A stretch of DNA of 64,000 nucleotides from Candidatus Wolframiiraptor gerlachensis (GTDB lineage: Archaea > Thermoproteota > Nitrososphaeria_A > Caldarchaeales > Wolframiiraptoraceae), in the NCBI GenBank assembly GCA_021323375.2, contig JAJPCT020000016.1:32001-96000 (forward strand), written 5' to 3'. A model generated the notes under the pieces. The model was not told the origin of the DNA, searched no databases, and saw nothing but the letters and a program-made list of their open reading frames with translations. Below are positions 1 to 9,683 of the stretch, piece by piece; the stretch's first letter is position 1; every line of letters starts with the position of its first letter. Both the position numbers and the translations under genes were made by a program.

Positions 1-236
1 AGGTCTACTTGAGGAAGCTCGGAGTGGAGGATGCTTATGAGCTTATCCAGCGGGCGGTTAGGAATGGATGGGACAATGTTGTCGAGGTACTGAGAAGCCA
101 CCTGCCGGAGAGCGAGTATAGCAGGCTGGCGGATCTAAAGCCGTCAAGCTACATCGGCGAGGCGGAGAGGATTGCGATCCAGCTCCTCGATGAGGTCAAC
201 AGGATCTACAAGAAGATCACGGCTGCTCAATCCTAA
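1..236 (+). CDS. purB: Probable adenylosuccinate lyase, C-terminal part (truncated by window start)
   Basis: ...DAYELIQ...LADLKPSSYIGEA... resembles the PurB C-terminal domain; only about 77 codons visible. Confidence 0.6.
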   Translation, partial: VYLRKLGVEDAYELIQRAVRNGWDNVVEVLRSHLPESEYSRLADLKPSSYIGEAERIAIQLLDEVNRIYKKITAAQS

Positions 237-1119
237 CCCCATCAACCCCAAGCCTGACCCTAAACACCTCAAACCTCCTCGAGACCACCGGGATTATTTT
301 ATCCAGCTTATCCGGGTCCGCCACAGCTATCACGCAGCCGCCTCCACCAGCCCCGGTCAGCTTGGCACCATAAGCTCCCCCCTCCAAGCATAGGGCGATA
401 GCCTCCTCTATCTCCGGCGACGACACCCCAACCATCCTCAGGAACTCCTGGTTCCTATTCATTAGCCTCCCGAGCTTTTCTAAGTCTCTGCTCCTCAGAT
501 AATCCAGCCCCTCCATAATCATCCTCCCAACCTCATCAAGAAGCTGCTTGAATAGCTCAGGCTTCTTCTCGCTGAACTCCCTCACCCTCAGCACCAAGTC
601 CCCGGTCCTCCTCTGCCTGCCGGTGTTCACGACTAGGATCTCCTCGAGCCCAATGTCGAGCCTCCTATATCCATCCGACCGCGTGTAGAGCCCGGATCCA
701 CCGAATGTGGCGATCGAGGTGTCCATCCCGGATGGCATGTAGTGAACTATTTTCTCGCCCTCATACGATGCTTCGAGTATCAGGCTGTGGTCGACCCTTC
801 CCGTCAGCAGATGGAGTGCTGCTGCCGAGGATGATGCGGCGACCGCGGCCGATGAGCCGAGCCCAACACTCTGAGGTATCTTGGACCTGATCTCTATCAC
901 GAGGCCCGCACTCGCGCCTAGCCTGCTTAGAATGTACTCGGCAGCCCTCACCGCCGGACTGCCGCGGGATCCATCTCTCAGCCTAACACCACCCGATCTC
1001 GCAAGCTCAACGATCGCGGTTGCCCTGAGATCTATTGAGGCCACGATCGCGGGAGACCCATGAACGACGAAGTGCTCGCCGAATAATATTACCTTCCCCG
1101 GGGCCGATGCAGTCCTCAT
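217..1119 (-). CDS. mvk: Mevalonate kinase
   Basis: GHMP motifs PGKVILFGEHFVVHG, PQSVGLGSSAA, GAKLTGAGGGG. Confidence 0.92.
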   Translation of the reverse strand: MRTASAPGKVILFGEHFVVHGSPAIVASIDLRATAIVELARSGGVRLRDGSRGSPAVRAAEYILSRLGASAGLVIEIRSKIPQSVGLGSSAAVAASSSAAALHLLTGRVDHSLILEASYEGEKIVHYMPSGMDTSIATFGGSGLYTRSDGYRRLDIGLEEILVVNTGRQRRTGDLVLRVREFSEKKPELFKQLLDEVGRMIMEGLDYLRSRDLEKLGRLMNRNQEFLRMVGVSSPEIEEAIALCLEGGAYGAKLTGAGGGGCVIAVADPDKLDKIIPVVSRRFEVFRVRLGVDGVRIEQP

Positions 1120-1826
1120 TCCTCCTCATGCTCCCTCCTACTCCTGACTATCATCGGGATGACGATCTCATCTATGTACTCTATGAACTCCGACTCCGGC
1201 ATCCTTGTGAATGACGTGATGACACAGTTCCTCGTCAGCCCCATAACCCTATTGGTCCCGGCCACCGTGAATACTATATACCATATCTTTCCATGTTTCA
1301 GGTACTCTTCGTAGAGCGCCGTGTTCTTCAGCGAGTCGCCGTAGAGGGCGAGCTTATCGACATCAACGAAGTCGAGGTCGTCGAAGTATATCACCTTTGT
1401 TCCTTCCGGGTTTCTTTCATGAAACTCTCTCATGACCGATGGTGCGATCCTAGCCTCTGTGATCGCCTTATAGGATAGGAAGAGGTGGTGGGAGAGTAGT
1501 GAGGCAACAGCATTCGCGAAATGCTTCTCCTGAACCACCGTGAGAAGCGTGAGACCCTCGGCTCTCCTGAAGATTATCCTCGCCTCAACGGTCTTGAGGA
1601 CTGGCACAAGCCTCCCCCTCTGATTAACTGTTATCAACTTATCCCTGCTGAACACGCCCTCAAGCCTATCACTTTTTAGATCCAGATCCCTTACCTCTGT
1701 TATGAGCTCAAATTGCTGGCCATCCGCCTCTCTCTCCTCGATAAGCCTATAGCCCATCAGCTTGTCAGCTATCTCCTCGAGTGTTGTCTCAGCCCTTATC
1801 TCGAAGATCTTTGCGGCTAGCGGCAT
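1116..1826 (-). CDS. Conserved hypothetical archaeal protein
   Basis: 236-aa ORF with normal composition, overlaps the mvk start by 4 bp; no motif recognised. Confidence 0.75.
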   Translation of the reverse strand: MPLAAKIFEIRAETTLEEIADKLMGYRLIEEREADGQQFELITEVRDLDLKSDRLEGVFSRDKLITVNQRGRLVPVLKTVEARIIFRRAEGLTLLTVVQEKHFANAVASLLSHHLFLSYKAITEARIAPSVMREFHERNPEGTKVIYFDDLDFVDVDKLALYGDSLKNTALYEEYLKHGKIWYIVFTVAGTNRVMGLTRNCVITSFTRMPESEFIEYIDEIVIPMIVRSRREHEEE

Positions 1827-1850
1827 CTAGTGGTGGGGATGCCACCGAGC

Positions 1851-2765
1851 TCATAAAGATAGCTTGCGGCCGCGTCGGGGTAGGGCCCGCTCATAGACCA
1901 GTATCGTGAGGATTGTCGCGGCGGCTGAGGCGGCGATTAGTTGGAGCGTTTCATTCAGGCTTGTGAGCGCCCATGGTCTTAGGAGCATTGAGATGGCGAG
2001 CGCGATCATCAGGTAGCCCGAGAAGAGCTTTATCCTCCTCGACCATGCTTCCGAGATCCTCATTCTGCCCAAGGTGTATGCGAAGACGAGGACTATCCCG
2101 AGCATCGGCATGACATATATCATGTTGTAGAGCGCGAGGTAGATGTAATACTCCACATGGCCTATGCCGAGTGATGAGAGGAGGCTCGTATAGTATAGTG
2201 GGAAGCCCGGGGTGCAGGCGAGCTCGTATATGTTGACTGTGAACGCGAGCGCGGCCGAGCCAGCCGCTAGAGCCCCTAGAGAGCTTACGCGTAGAAGCCT
2301 TCTAGCGGATCTACCAACTTGGGCGAGGCTTTTCTCGGATGCGCCTAGGGATGGGCCGAGTCCATGGGCGAAATAGTCCTTCACGTTCAAGGCTCCAGCA
2401 GCCGCCACCATTATCATCACTATGAGGAAGAATGGGCCAAAGCCGCTCAGTATCCTGAAGACGTTGAGTACCGCGGCCATAAAGAAGAAGTAGGCGAGAC
2501 CTGAGATGAGGACGAATATCCCGCCGACTAAGAGGATGCGGGCGCGATCCCTCGCGTATATCAGGATACTGAGGAGGAATGTCAGGATGTAGAAGGCGCA
2601 GGGATTAACGCTATCCATCCCTGCGATCACGAGCGTGAGCCAGAGGAGGTTCTCGCCTGCGTTGCCGTCATCAAGCTGAGCCCCCATAGGGCCTAGCATA
2701 AATGCTAAGGATAACATGATAAGAACCGCTGCGAAGAATCCCCAAGCGATCCGCGAAGCCTTCAA
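1851..2765 (-). CDS. CcdA/DsbD-like membrane protein (cytochrome c biogenesis-type transmembrane domain)
   Basis: Multiple TM helices with paired Cys motifs DSVNPCAF and ELACTPGFP. Confidence 0.75.
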   Translation of the reverse strand: MKASRIAWGFFAAVLIMLSLAFMLGPMGAQLDDGNAGENLLWLTLVIAGMDSVNPCAFYILTFLLSILIYARDRARILLVGGIFVLISGLAYFFFMAAVLNVFRILSGFGPFFLIVMIMVAAAGALNVKDYFAHGLGPSLGASEKSLAQVGRSARRLLRVSSLGALAAGSAALAFTVNIYELACTPGFPLYYTSLLSSLGIGHVEYYIYLALYNMIYVMPMLGIVLVFAYTLGRMRISEAWSRRIKLFSGYLMIALAISMLLRPWALTSLNETLQLIAASAAATILTILVYERALPRRGRKLSL

Positions 2766-2814
2766 CCTCGATGACTTTTCTCAGCCATGGGATCTAGAAA
2801 ATTTTTCCATTCAG

Positions 2815-3297
2815 TTAGAGGTCTTTCTCGGCGCGATAAGCATCCCTGCCACGGCCATAATAATCCTTCAGCCTAGATGCGAAGGTGTATCCGAGTGACT
2901 TATAGAGCCTTATCGCGGGCTCGTTATCAACCGCCACCTCTAGGATCGCCCTCTCGCATCCGAGCTTCCTGAACTCGTTCTCGAGGCTTTTCAGGAGGGC
3001 TGCGCCGACGCCCCTTCTCCGGAAATCCGGCCTAACATCAAGCGTGTAGACATGGCCCACGACTCGGCCGCCGATCTTCTCAACTCTTCCTATCGCTGAG
3101 CCCACTATTTCGCCCTCCCCCGTAACAGCCTTCAAGGGGATGGAGCTTGGATCTATCAGGAGAAGTCTTAGAAACTGTTTCGAGTAGGCATCCCTGCCGA
3201 AGCAGGTTCTCTCCAGTTCATACATCCTCTCGAGATCCTCTAGGCTCGCCTGCTCGATCCTAATGCTCCTCGCTGGGCTCACGTAATTCATCAGCAT
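2815..3297 (-). CDS. GNAT N-acetyltransferase, RimI/Ard1-like
   Basis: HVYTLDVRPDFRRRGVG, LEVAVDNEPAIRLY, YYGRGRDAY. Confidence 0.88.
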   Translation of the reverse strand: MLMNYVSPARSIRIEQASLEDLERMYELERTCFGRDAYSKQFLRLLLIDPSSIPLKAVTGEGEIVGSAIGRVEKIGGRVVGHVYTLDVRPDFRRRGVGAALLKSLENEFRKLGCERAILEVAVDNEPAIRLYKSLGYTFASRLKDYYGRGRDAYRAEKDL

Positions 3298-3300
3298 GCC

Positions 3301-3423
3301 TTATATGATTCTATACTTCTCATCAAATACTTTAAGCCTTTCCTCTGACACGTCCCCCTCTTGTGATGCTTCTCTAGCCACCTCTCCCGTAGTGATCCCT
3401 GCGGCTATCGAAGAGTGTATCCC
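3301..3423 (-). pseudogene. Fragment resembling the C-terminus of a geranylgeranyl reductase-family flavoprotein
   Basis: Manual translation GIHSSIAAGITTGEVAREASQEGDVSEERLKVFDEKYRII*; no intact 5' part. Confidence 0.45.
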
Positions 3424-3659
3424 TTATGATATTTCCTTTTTTCTGTGATCCAGAAAATATGTCTTCTCATCACATATATCCTATCTCCCCGCTTATCAAG
3501 CCCATCCCCAGAACTGTTTTCTACACCCCTTGCATATCACTTGAACCATCCCCATTTTCGGGATGGTCCTTAATGAATAAGTGGGGACCCGTGTCGGGGA
3601 TATGTGGGGATGTTATTGCCCGGGGTTCTAGCCGGGATTTTTGTCCTCTAGAATCTTGG

Positions 3660-3764
3660 CGGGATTGAGGGTTTCGCCAGGGCTTATGCCCAGCATTTTA
3701 GGGGAATCCATGATGAGGGCGCTATGTGGCGAGCTCAGGAGCCTGCTTGAGGGAGGTGATATGG
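3660..3764 (+). pseudogene. Decayed homolog of the small ORF at 55509..55814
   Basis: FARAYAQH/(frameshift)LGESMMRALCGELRSLLEG aligns with FCRFYAGWLGNPLMERLRHEIYELLEE. Confidence 0.55.
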
Positions 3765-4635
3765 ATGGCTAGGATCTATTACGTTGATGTCACGATTCCC
3801 AGTGATAGGAAGAAGATACATGCGGGTCTTTGATGGTGGCAGGGTTTTCAGGGTTGGGAGGCTGAGCGAGCTGGAGGATGCCAGCGAGGTGTTCATTGAC
3901 GCGCTGTTTCCGGAGCCATATGAGGAGGTTCTTGAGCTGTTGAGGAGGGGTTAAGGCGTATCTGCTGAAAGATATTACCAAGTTGAGGAAGCTGAGGATG
4001 GAGAACAACTTGAAGAAGAGTGATGAGAATGATGCCATGCTACTTATACGAATTTCAAAAGAGAATTTTAGACCACTAGCGATTGAAGAACTGAGGCTCA
4101 GGATGCGAATGGAGCCGCTGATAAACAAATATGAGCGGATTATGCGATGGAAGAAGACCTTAAAGAGGCTGGTAAAGCGGGTCTTGATTGCAATTTCAGG
4201 GAGGTAGTAAGGCTTATGAACGCGGATAGACAGAAGATATCTGAGGAGGTTATTCGACAGGTGACCTCTCTTCCCATCCATGGTGAGGTTTATAGGAGGG
4301 CCTGCGAAATCCTCGGCGTTAAGAGGAGCGCCGAGCTAGCCATACTGGCGGTAAGGCTACCACTTCATCTACCGATGGTAAGATTGAAAGGACTATTGGG
4401 ATTGATTCCGGGCGGAAATGGAGGGCGATATAACCATGAACTGAGAGCACATATTGCAAGCTTTGCAGCAACTCTCTACATGAATGCTAAAAGACATGTG
4501 AATGCTTCGGATAAAGTTGCTGAGGTCGTTAATTGTCTACCAAAGAAGATGGCATTATGCAAGTTACAGCTAATGACTGTAAAGGCGTTACGGATAGCAT
4601 ATATTATGACTGTGAAGCCGCTGGTCGGCGAGTAG
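3765..4635 (+). pseudogene. IS110/TasR-like RuvC-Nop protein, copy 1 (three frameshifts)
   Basis: MARIYYVD...VFID...KKSDENDA...LKGLLGLIP...YNHELRAH, joined across frameshifts near 3825, 3950 and 4175; N-terminal half closely matches 55831..56691; SD GGAGGTGA upstream. Confidence 0.8.
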
Positions 4636-4758
4636 TAAAAGCCATAAAGACTGGTGAGGTTACACCCGGATTCCCACCATGGAGGATTTCATGAATCCAT
4701 GGATGATTTTATATGGTTCCCCTGCCGGTCTTTATGGCTACGAGGACTCGTCGGCCAG
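4621..4758 (+). ncRNA. Putative structured 3' RNA (nested hairpin) of the IS110/TasR-like element, copy 1
   Basis: Outer stem 4621-4633/4746-4758, middle stem 4641-4654/4725-4738, inner CCATGG...CCATGG stem; followed by a C/T-rich terminator-like tract. Confidence 0.6.
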
Positions 4759-4896
4759 TCCCACCCCCTAATCCCCTTTTTTATTAATTAAGTCTAGACT
4801 GGGAAGGGGAATGAAAACGAACCTAGATCTTAGTCTACTACTGAATTTTTATCTGGAAGAATTACTCAAGTTTGTTACTCGTGGGGTGCTGGAATT

Positions 4897-5685
4897 TTGG
4901 GGCCGCCGCTAATAATAGTGAAGCTCGGGGGATCTTTGATAACGGATAAGAGCCGGAGGTTCTCGCTAAACGCTGATGTGGTTAAGAGACTTGGAAGGGA
5001 GCTCGCCGAGGCTGTCAAGGAGTCGGGCGTGGATCTGATAGTCGTTCATGGAGGCGGATCATATGCTCATCCAATTGCTAAGGAGTACTTGGTCTCAGAG
5101 GGCTTAAGGAGCAAGGGGGGCTTGAGGGGCTTCGTCGAGACATCGAGGGTAGTTCGGATGCTCTGCCTCGATGTTCTCTCAAACCTTGTCGAAGGCGGCT
5201 TGATGGCAATATCAATACCAGCATCATCAATATTCACGACGAGATCAGGTAGGATAAGCACCTGTAATCTCGAGCCAGTATTTTCGGCATTGAGGCTTGG
5301 CCTCGTCCCAGTAACATCTGGCGATGTGGTTTTTGACCGGGATTTGGGGTTCACCGTCCTATCCGGAGATGAGATAAGCTCTTACCTGGCTGTCAGGCTC
5401 CGGGCGAAGAGGCTCATTTACACCATGAATGTGGATGGGATTTATGTTAGGGACTGGACGACCGGGGGAGTCAAGGTTGCCGAGGAATTCTCCCGGGGCA
5501 TGAGCATAGTGCCAGTCGGAGGCGAAGTCGAGGATGTCACGGGCGGGATAGCGAGGAAGATAGAGGAGGGCTTCATGGCAGCCGAAGCCGGAGTCGAGGT
5601 GCTATTCATCAATGGATTAGCCGAGAATAGGTTGAAGAATGCTATTTTGGGGCTGCCTGTTCCCGGGACGAGGCTTAAGCCTTAG
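4897..5685 (+). CDS. Isopentenyl phosphate kinase
   Basis: Amino-acid-kinase fold: KLGGSLITDK, VHGGGSYAH, SGD, DVTGGI. Confidence 0.88.
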   Translation: MGPPLIIVKLGGSLITDKSRRFSLNADVVKRLGRELAEAVKESGVDLIVVHGGGSYAHPIAKEYLVSEGLRSKGGLRGFVETSRVVRMLCLDVLSNLVEGGLMAISIPASSIFTTRSGRISTCNLEPVFSALRLGLVPVTSGDVVFDRDLGFTVLSGDEISSYLAVRLRAKRLIYTMNVDGIYVRDWTTGGVKVAEEFSRGMSIVPVGGEVEDVTGGIARKIEEGFMAAEAGVEVLFINGLAENRLKNAILGLPVPGTRLKP

Positions 5686-6304
5686 CCTGCTGGACCCTTA
5701 TCTGGAGGAATTCCTCGGGCTTAAGCTTCTCAGAGAGCTCGGGCGTCAGCTCACCCCTCTCCATCAAGACCCTCCTAGCCAGATACCAGAAGGCGTATGG
5801 TAGGGCCAGCCTCCCCCTATTATTTACCGGGATCACGAGATCGACGTTCGAGATCATGTTATCCGTGCTACACATGGCTATAACGGGGATCCGGGCTATC
5901 TTCGCCTCCATCACCGCCTGGTTATCATATCTCGGGTCGGAGACGAGAACAAGCCCCGGCTCTAAATATGTCTTAAGGCTCGGGTTGGTGAATGTGCCGG
6001 GCTCAAATTTCTCCACTATTGGTATGCAGCCCGTGTACTCACAGAACTTCCGGACTGGGACAACGCCATAGACGTGGGTTGAGACGACGACCACCTCCTC
6101 GGGCCTATAATATGAGATGAACCTAGCCGCGATATTCAGCCTCTCGATAATCTTGTTCAGGTCTATAAGATAGACACCATCAGGCCTAAGCTTGAAGATG
6201 AACTTCTCCATGTGCTTGACCTTTATCTTTGAGCCTATGTAGAGGCCATTCTTGATGAAGAGTTCCTGAATATTCTCCATCGAGTCTATGGATCCCTCAC
6301 TCAT
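5675..6304 (-). CDS. rps2: 30S ribosomal protein S2 (uS2)
   Basis: GLYIGSK, RPDGVYLIDL, FEPGTFTNP, DLVIPVNNRG; start chosen at ATG 6304. Confidence 0.95.
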   Translation of the reverse strand: MSEGSIDSMENIQELFIKNGLYIGSKIKVKHMEKFIFKLRPDGVYLIDLNKIIERLNIAARFISYYRPEEVVVVSTHVYGVVPVRKFCEYTGCIPIVEKFEPGTFTNPSLKTYLEPGLVLVSDPRYDNQAVMEAKIARIPVIAMCSTDNMISNVDLVIPVNNRGRLALPYAFWYLARRVLMERGELTPELSEKLKPEEFLQIRVQQAKA

Positions 6305-6432
6305 GCCCGCTTCCAGCCCGATAATCAAATCCTTTAAAAAACATTACTGTAAGATGGTCTGGAGATCTTCTAGGCTCGTGAAGGCGTCTCCTCTGGGGGA
6401 TCTTTGCGTGGGAGGGAAGAGTGTTTCGGCTT

Positions 6433-7683
6433 CTAGATCCTTAGCTCCGCCATCTTGTCCATGCCTATGTTCTCGCCTATTCGCAGTAGCTCGTTAGCTT
6501 TCGCGATGCGCTCTCCGCCGACTACCCCGGCCTTCAGGAATTTCCCGCCCCAAGCTACGGCGAGCTGGGCTAGATACCCCTCCGGCGGCTCTCCAGACCT
6601 GTGGGAGACGACGGGCACAATTCCATTCTCGTGGGCTATCTTGACAGACTTCATAGCGGTTGTGAGAAGGCCCACCTGATTCGGCTTAATTATCACGGCT
6701 CTAACAGCCTTTAGCTCAGCCGCTCGGCTCAAGATACTCGGATTGGTCACGATCAAGTCGTCGCCGCAGATTAGGGTCTTCCCGCCCACCTGCCTGCAAA
6801 GATCGGCGAACCCCTCCATATCGTCCTCCTCAAGGGGGTCCTCGACATAGAAGAGCTCATATTTGTCAACCCATTCAGCGACCCTACTCATCTGCGCCTC
6901 CCGATCAAGCTCTATGCCCTCGGTTGGATAGACATATTTCCGCTTCTTCGGGTCCCATAGGCTGGATGCCGCGACATCCACGCCCACCCTAATATTAAAG
7001 CCGAGCTCATCGGATATTTCGTCCGCCGCCTGTTTAAGGAGCCGGAGGCCATCCTCGGTCTTTATCGGCGGGGCATATGCACCCTCATCACCCCTACCGA
7101 GCGTGAAGCCCCCCAAGTGCTTGTCGAGGAGCTTCCCAGCCCTCGCATGAACCAGTATATTAGCCCTAACAGCATCCCCCACATTCCTCGCCCCAATCGG
7201 GCTCACGAGCATCTCCTGCCAGTCCGGGGCCCCCCTGCCAGCGTGAGCACCTCCACCAATCACGTTTCCAAGCGGATATGGTAGCCTGAATGAGTCGACG
7301 ATCCGGAGATGCTCGTAGAGGGGCTTTCCAGCAGCATTCGCTGCGGCTATGGCCACCGCGAGCGAGACTGCGAAGGCTGTATTGCCTCCCAGCCTCCGGA
7401 AATCCTCGGTCCCATCGAACTTCTTTAAGGTCTCATCAAGCGCCTCGTGATTGGAGACGTCTAGGCCCCTGAGCTTGGCCGCGAGCTCGCCGTTGACGAT
7501 TCTAACAGCCTCATCAACGCCATCCTCGGGATAATACATCACCTCCTTCCCGCCCTTGCTTTTCCCGGCTGGCGCCGCAGCCCTCCCAAAGGCGCCATCA
7601 ACCCAAGCATCCACCTCAATCGTCTCCTCTCCACGACTATTGTAAACTTTCCTAGCCCTCAGCCTCTCAAGCTTCAGGCCCAT
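6433..7683 (-). CDS. eno: Enolase
   Basis: [42 protein letters not shown]; start at ATG 7683. Confidence 0.95.
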   Translation of the reverse strand: MGLKLERLRARKVYNSRGEETIEVDAWVDGAFGRAAAPAGKSKGGKEVMYYPEDGVDEAVRIVNGELAAKLRGLDVSNHEALDETLKKFDGTEDFRRLGGNTAFAVSLAVAIAAANAAGKPLYEHLRIVDSFRLPYPLGNVIGGGAHAGRGAPDWQEMLVSPIGARNVGDAVRANILVHARAGKLLDKHLGGFTLGRGDEGAYAPPIKTEDGLRLLKQAADEISDELGFNIRVGVDVAASSLWDPKKRKYVYPTEGIELDREAQMSRVAEWVDKYELFYVEDPLEEDDMEGFADLCRQVGGKTLICGDDLIVTNPSILSRAAELKAVRAVIIKPNQVGLLTTAMKSVKIAHENGIVPVVSHRSGEPPEGYLAQLAVAWGGKFLKAGVVGGERIAKANELLRIGENIGMDKMAELRI

Positions 7684-7927
7684 TCTCCTCCACCTCCTCC
7701 TTCCCAGCCCGGGGATAGGGCTTGGAGCCATAGAGCGTATGAAGCTTAACTATCTCGTCAAAATACTCGTAGTGGCTTAGGAACATCCTCCTACAGCAGT
7801 ACCTCTTTATGCCCAGATCATCCAAGACCTTGCCCGGATGCTCACCCTCCTCAACCCTCCTAGCATACTCCTCCCACTTATCAGCGATCAACGCGCCACA
7901 GCTAAAACACCTAATCGGGAACATCAT
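7667..7927 (-). CDS. rpoN: RNA polymerase subunit N (Rpo10)
   Basis: PIRCFSCG...[14 protein letters not shown]. Confidence 0.96.
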   Translation of the reverse strand: MMFPIRCFSCGALIADKWEEYARRVEEGEHPGKVLDDLGIKRYCCRRMFLSHYEYFDEIVKLHTLYGSKPYPRAGKEEVEENGPEA

Positions 7928-8010
7928 TTCCCAAAACCCCGGATCAAGAAGCTCTCTATCATTATTTTAACATACTGTTAGGATCTAAACATTTAAGATA
8001 GAGCCTCTTT

Positions 8011-8730
8011 GTGGCAAAAATGATGCGCGTAGACGTGGCACTAGGCCCGCCCAAAGAACATCCTGAAAACCTTGTCGTCGTTGATATATTCAGGTCAAGC
8101 ACATCCATTGTTACGGCCTTAGAAAATGGAGCAGGCGAGATAATCCCCTGTCACTCGATTGGTAGAGCTAGACTACTCAAGAAGAGGCTGGGCGAGGGAA
8201 CGCTGCTCGTCGGCGAGCGGAGGGGGATAACCCCGAAGAACTTCGACCTCAACATTTCTCCAAGTCTACTCGTCCGAGAGCGCGTGGAGGGTAAGAGGAT
8301 AATATACTGTTCAACTAATCTGATACGCGTTGTCTCCAAGTATATGAATGATGCCAAGCATCTTATCATCGGCGGGCTGGTGAATGCCAGTGCCGTCGCG
8401 AAATATCTGAAAAAGCTCGGCCTCGACAACGTCACCATAGTCGCGTGCGGATATATCCCCGACAATCATGTGTCTTTGGAGGATGTGATAGGGGCTGGCG
8501 CAATAATCTCGAGGCTCGATGATGAGGATCTCTCGGACACTGCGTTCCTCGCCAAGCTGGCCTATGAGAACAAGGATTGGAGGAGGCTTGTATTACAAAG
8601 CCGCACCGCGAAATATCTCCAAAGTATTGGATGGGGGATTGATCTAGAGTTATGTCTAAGAGAGGATATATCAAATATCGTCCCAATTCTATCAGGCGGT
8701 ATCATCAAGGGAGTTAGAGTTGATGAGTAG
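8011..8730 (+). CDS. comB: 2-phosphosulfolactate phosphatase-family protein
   Basis: VVVDIFRSSTSI, GERRG, NISP, STN, LEDVIGAG. Confidence 0.85.
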   Translation: MAKMMRVDVALGPPKEHPENLVVVDIFRSSTSIVTALENGAGEIIPCHSIGRARLLKKRLGEGTLLVGERRGITPKNFDLNISPSLLVRERVEGKRIIYCSTNLIRVVSKYMNDAKHLIIGGLVNASAVAKYLKKLGLDNVTIVACGYIPDNHVSLEDVIGAGAIISRLDDEDLSDTAFLAKLAYENKDWRRLVLQSRTAKYLQSIGWGIDLELCLREDISNIVPILSGGIIKGVRVDE

Positions 8731-9129
8731 CTACCTGTATGACTTCTGCTTGAATCTTCTAGCAGATCTCCTGTTCGGCTTCTTGGGCTCAGCCTGCCTC
8801 GGATCGCCGGCTAATAGCACCCTGTTATAGCTCCTTATCTCCTCGCGGACCTTCTCATCATGATCCGCTATCGCTCTTGCTAGGGCGAACGCAGCCGCGT
8901 CGGCAATGGCCATGATGCCGCCGCCCTCAACCTTGATATCAAAGTCATGGCTCTTCCAGAACTTTTCATCGAAGTAGAGGGGCGTTAATATCTTCATTCG
9001 GGCGATCTCGTTCCCGAAGTACTCGAGGGGCTGATTGTTTATCAGTATCCTGCCAGTGCCGGGCCTAATTACGAGCCTCGCGACAGCCGTCTTTCTCTTC
9101 CCAACAAATACCCCAAGAGCCTTAGACAT
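8731..9129 (-). CDS. rps9: 30S ribosomal protein S9 (uS9)
   Basis: GKRKTAVAR, VEGGG, GDPRQAEPKK, QKSYR end. Confidence 0.96.
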   Translation of the reverse strand: MSKALGVFVGKRKTAVARLVIRPGTGRILINNQPLEYFGNEIARMKILTPLYFDEKFWKSHDFDIKVEGGGIMAIADAAAFALARAIADHDEKVREEIRSYNRVLLAGDPRQAEPKKPNRRSARRFKQKSYR

Positions 9130-9622
9130 AGGTTAGCCTCCCCCCTGTAAGCTCCTTACTCAGCTCTCCGAGGGTCATATACCTGATCACCCTGCCAGAC
9201 CTACTCATGGGCTCCCGGAGAATTGCGTCCTCTATCACTATCTTCTCAGCGCCTTCAAACTCCTTTGGAACGCCGACATAAATCTTCAGCCTCTTTAAGG
9301 CCTCCTTCCAGCGCTTATTATGCCTTGGAAGCATCCTGTATACCGTGTACCAGAAGATCCTCTCAGGTCTCCTCGGATACCATACCGTGCCGCGCTTCGG
9401 GGAGACGAGGGCCCTCCTAGAGATTAGGAACTTGTATCTCTCGAGTATCGCCTCCTTCTTGCCCGTGATTATCGCCTTCTCCACGTTGACGACCGTCACG
9501 TTCACGCCCTTCAGCAGCATTTTCGCTATCCTAGAGGCCGCCCTACCCAGCCTATGCATCGTCAGATCTACAACCACCTCCCTCGCGCCCTCCTCCAGCA
9601 TCCTCAGCCTCTGAGCCGCCAT
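9122..9622 (-). CDS. rpl13: 50S ribosomal protein L13 (uL13)
   Basis: LGRAASRIAK, NVEKAIITG, PRRPERIF, RLKIYVGVP. Confidence 0.95.
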   Translation of the reverse strand: MAAQRLRMLEEGAREVVVDLTMHRLGRAASRIAKMLLKGVNVTVVNVEKAIITGKKEAILERYKFLISRRALVSPKRGTVWYPRRPERIFWYTVYRMLPRHNKRWKEALKRLKIYVGVPKEFEGAEKIVIEDAILREPMSRSGRVIRYMTLGELSKELTGGRLTYV

Positions 9623-9683
9623 GATCTCGAGTCCCAGATCAGCTTGAAGAGACTTAAATATATAGATGCACGCCCCTTGGGGA

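Noticed and set aside
4655-4724. Box C/D sRNA reading of the hairpin loops
   Set aside because: Only loose TGA/CTG resemblance; no proper RTGATGA and CTGA boxes conserved across copies
3540-4800. Terminal inverted repeats or target-site duplications for the element
   Set aside because: None found at plausible ends of any copy; boundaries remain undefined
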